Shown piece after piece: positions 59,917 to 64,000 of a stretch of 64,000 nt of DNA. The notes below the pieces were generated by a model. It searched no databases. It was not told where the DNA came from and saw nothing but the letters and a program-made list of their open reading frames with translations. Source of the DNA: Mustelus asterias. Its lineage: Eukaryota. The position numbers were made by a program, and so were the translations under genes. The DNA lies in the NCBI RefSeq assembly GCF_964213995.1, contig NC_135823.1:1116001-1180000 (forward strand), read 5' to 3'. The stretch's first letter is position 1; each line of letters starts with the position of its first letter.

Positions 59917-62900
59917 CATTGTTCCACAGGAGCAGGCTGAGGAGTAAAAAAAATGCCAGGCAAGATGTTGGAATGCTCCTCTTGCAGGATGTGGGAGATC
60001 AGGGAGAACTCTGGTATCCCTGACGACAGCAGCTGCAAAAGATGCATTCAGCTGCAGCTGATAGCAAAGCGTGTTAGGGAACTGGAGAAGGAGCTTGATG
60101 ACGTCCATCTAATTCGGGAGAATGAGAAGTATATAGACAGTAGCTTTAGGGAGATAGTTTCACCTAAGCAGCACAGCACAGGAAATTGGGTTACTGTGAG
60201 GAGAGGAAATGGCAGTGTGAAAGGACAGGCAGATCAGGGTTCCCCTGTGGCCATACCCCTCCACAACAGGTATACTGAATTGGGTACTGTTGTGGGAGAT
60301 GCTTTACCTGGGACAAGCTGCGACAGCCAGAACTCTGACACTGAGTCTATTTCTACAGCGCAAAAGGGTGGGATGAAGAAGAGGAGAGCAGTAGTGATAG
60401 GAGACTCAATGGTCAGAGCTACGGACAGGAGGTTCTGTGGTCGGGACAGAGACTCCCGCATGGTTTGTTGCCTCCCAGGTGCCAAGGTCAGCGAACTCTC
60501 TGATCGCGTGCACAGCGTTCTAAAGTGGGAAAGTGATCAGCCAGATGCCGTGGTACACATCGGTACCAATGACGTGGGAAGGAAGAGTGAGGAGGTCCTA
60601 AAGAGTGAGTACAAAGAGGGTAGTAATCTCAGGATTGCTACCTGAGCCACATGCCAGTGAGGGCAGGAGTAGGATGCTTGGGCGGATGAACACGTGGCTG
60701 AGGAACTGGTGCAGGGGGCATGGTTTCCAATTCATGGATCATTGGGACCTCTTCTGGGGCACGTGGGACCTGTACAAGAGAGACGGGTCACACCTACACT
60801 AGAAGGGGACCAATATACTTGCAGGGAGGTTTGCTAGTGTTTTTGGGGAGCGTTTAAACTAGATTTGCAGGGGGATGGGAACCAGAGTGCCAGCGCAGAT
60901 AGTGGAGCAGGGGTAAAAAGACAGGTTAGTTCACGCAAAATCACAAATGGAAGGGTAGAGTGTGGTGGAAATAATATTTTGAGGTGTGTCTATTTCAATG
61001 CCAGGATTATTGTGGGGAAGGCAGATGAGCTGAAGGCCTGGATAGACATATGGAAATATGACATTATAGCCATAAGTGAAACTTGGCTACAGGAGGAGCA
61101 GGACTGGCAGCTCAATGTTCCAGGGTTCCAATGTTTCACGTGGGATAGAGGCAGAGGGATAAAAGGTGGGGAGGGGGGCATTGTTGGTCAGGGAAAATCT
61201 TACAGCAGTACTCAGGCAGGATAGATTAGGGAGCTTGTCTACAGAGGCGCTATGGGTGGAGCTGAGAAACAGGAAAGGTATGACCACATTAATGGGGTTG
61301 TATTATAGACCACCCAATAATCAGCGAGAATTGGAGGAGCAAATCAGCGGAGAGGTAGCTGACAACTGCAAGAAACACAAAGTTGTGATAGTAGGGGATT
61401 TTAATTTTCCACATATAGATTGGGACTCGCATACTGTTAAAGGTTTAGATGGGGTAGAGTTTGTAAAGGAGAATTTTGTACATCAGTATATAGAGGTGCC
61501 AACGAGAGAGGATGCGATATTGGATCTCCTATTGGGAAATGAGTTAGGGCAGGTGATGGATGTGAGTGTGAGAGAACACTTTGGATCCAGTGATCATAAT
61601 GCCATCAGTTTCAACCTGATCGTGGATAAGGATAGATCTGGTCCTCGGGTTGAAGTTCTGAACTGGAAAAAGGCCAAATTTGATGAAATGAGAAGGGATC
61701 TGGGAAGTGTGCTTTGGCAAAGGCTGTTCTCTGGTAAGGATGTAAATGGAAAGTGGGAGGCCTTCAAAGGAGAAATTTTGAGAGTGCAGAGTTTGTATGT
61801 TCCTGTCAGGATTGAAGGCAAAGTAAATAGGAATAAGGAACCTTGGTTCTCGAGGGAGATTGTAACACTGATTAAGAGGAAGAGAGAGTTGTATGAAATG
61901 TACAGGCAGCAAGGAACAGATCAGATGCTCGAGGAGTATAAAAAGTGCAAGAAGCTACTTAAGAGGGAGATCAGGAGGGCTAAAAGAAGACATGAGGTTG
62001 CTTTGGCAGACAGAGTGAAGGAAAATCCAAAGAGCTTCTATAGGTATGTTAGGAACAAAAGGATAGTGAGGGATAAAATTGGTCCTCTTCAAGATCAGAG
62101 TGGTAAACTGTGTATGGAACCAAAAGAGATGGGGGAGTTACTAAATAGTTCTTTGGCATCCATATTTACTGAGGAAACGGGCATGGAGTCTACGGAAATG
62201 GGGCAAACAGGTAGCGAGGTCATGGAACCTTTACAGATTAAAGGGGAGGAGGTTCTCGCTGTCTTGAGGCAAATCAGAGTGGATAAATCCCCAGGACCTG
62301 ACAGGGTATTCCCATGGACCTTGAGGGAAGCTAGTGTTGAACTTGCAGGGGCCCTGGCAGACATATCTAAAAGGTCAGTATTCAGGGGGGAGGTGCCGGA
62401 TGATTGGAGGTTGGCTCATGTTGTTCCGTTGTTTAAAAAAGGTTCCAAAGGAAATCCGGGAAATTATAGGCCAGTAAGTTTGACGGCGGTGGTGGGCAAG
62501 TTATTGGAAGGTGTGATAAGGGATAGGATCTACAAATATTTGGATATACAGGGACTTATTAGGGAGAGTCAACATGGCTTTGCGTGTGGTAGGTCATGTT
62601 TGACCAATCTATTAGAGTTTTTCGAGGAGGTTACCAGGAAAGTGGATGAAGGGAAGGCGGTGGATGTTGTCTACCTGGATTTCAGCAAGGCCTTTGACAA
62701 GGTCCCCCATGGGAGGTTAGTTAGGAAGGTTCAGTCGCTTGGTATACATGGGGAGGTAGTAAATTGGATTAGACAGTGGCTCAATGGAAGAAACCAGATA
62801 GTGGTTGTGGAGGATTGCTTCTCTGAGTGGAGGCCTGTGACTAGTGGTGTGCCACAGGGATCAGTGTTGGGTCCATTGTTGTTTGTCATCTATATCAATG

Positions 62901-63839
62901 ATCTGGATGATAATGTGGTTAATTGGATCAGCAAGTTTGCTGATGATACAAAGATTGGAGGTGTAGTGGACAGTGAGGAAGATTTTCAAAGCTTGCAGAG
63001 GGATTTGGACCAACTAGAAAAATGGGCTGAAAAATGGCAAATGAAATTTAACGCAGACAAGTATGAGATGTTGCACTTTGGAAGGAAAAAACAAAGTAGA
63101 ACGTACAAGGTAAATGGTAGGACTCCGAAGAGTGCAGGTGAACAGCGGGATCTGGGAATACAGGTACAGAATTCCCTAAAAGTGACGTCACAGGTGGATA
63201 GGGCCGTAAAGAGTGCCTTTGGTACATTGGTCTTTATAAATCGGAGTATGGAGTATAAAAGTTGAAGTGTTATGGTAAGGGTTTATAAGGCATTGGTGAG
63301 GCCGAATTTGGAGTGTTGTGTACACTTTTGGTCACCTCGTTACAGGAAAGATGTAAGTAAGGTTGAAAGAGTGCAGAGAAGGTTCACAAGGATGTTGCCG
63401 GGACTTCAGAAGCTGAGTTACAGAGAGAGATTGAATAGGTTGGGACTTTATTCCCTGGAGCGTAGAAGATTGAGGGGAGATTTGATAGAGGTGTATAAGA
63501 TTTTGATGGGTATAGATAGAGTGAATGCAAGCAGGCTTTTTCCACTGAGGCTCGGGGAGAAAAAACCCCAGAGGGCATGGGTTAAGGGCGAAAGGAGAAA
63601 AGTTTAAGGGGAATATTAGTAGAGAGTGGTGGGAGTGTGGAATGAGCTGCCGGATGAAGTGGTAAATGCACTTTTAACATTTAAGATAAACTTGGACGGG
63701 TTCATGGCTGAGAGGGGTGTGGAGGGATATGGTCCAAGTGCAGGTCAGTGGGACGAGGCAAAAAATGGTTCGGCACAGACAAGAAGGGCCAAAAGGCCTG
63801 TTTCTGAGCTGTAATTTTCTATGGTTCGATGGTTCTATG
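59917..63839 (+). mobile_element. Near full-length CR1 LINE with ORF1 (Zn finger, coiled coil, SGNH esterase) and a disrupted ORF2
   Basis: ORF1 CSSC..CKRC, GDS, HIGTND, DGxHL; ORF2 pieces 60865-61224, 61166-63265 and 63272-63607 with frameshifts and a stop; (TTCTATGG)n-like tail. Confidence 0.93.
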
Positions 63840-64000
63840 GGAGATATCTTTAAATTGGAACACGAGAGATAGATAGCTGTTGATATAATACGGTGTGATG
63901 TTTAATTCTCGTAATTGGTAAAAGTGAAGCCACTTCTTTTTAGTGGGTCACTTGAATCATACTCGGAGTGAAACACCTTATGATCACGATAATGCCAAAA

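Overview
Eukaryotic, repeat-dense genomic DNA. The repeat complement (HE1/V-SINE-like tRNA SINEs, CR1/HER1-like LINEs, Deu-domain SINEs) points to a cartilaginous fish, probably a shark. Among the repeats lies a + strand tandem cluster of non-rearranging, antigen-receptor-like Ig-superfamily genes with the layout leader / germline-joined VJ / C1 / Cys-stalk+TM / cytoplasmic exons. Gene A (803-9354) reads as an intact 6-exon, 303-aa receptor ending in a Tyr motif (TLYACL). Gene B (~15.8-30.1 kb) is a paralog with an Arg at the start of its TM (activating-type). It is disabled: a Gypsy relic abuts the surviving 3' end of its V exon, the J segment has a stop, and the C1 donor appears mutated. Gene D (~37.2 kb) is an orphan promoter/leader of the B type. 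Gene C (51954-57444) is an A-type paralog with a canonical ITIM (SVYARL); its V exon is split by a Tx1-like LINE and its C1 exon is missing, but its leader, TM and tail exons remain open and phase-compatible. All four copies share a GTAAACAGGA (FOX:ETS-like) upstream motif. The window therefore looks like an inhibitory/activating paired-receptor (or TCR-like heterodimer) family undergoing transposon-driven birth-and-death. A CR1 LINE with an intact ORF2 sits in the 3'UTR of gene A. Exon structures were derived by eye from splice signals and paralog comparison, without expression data.
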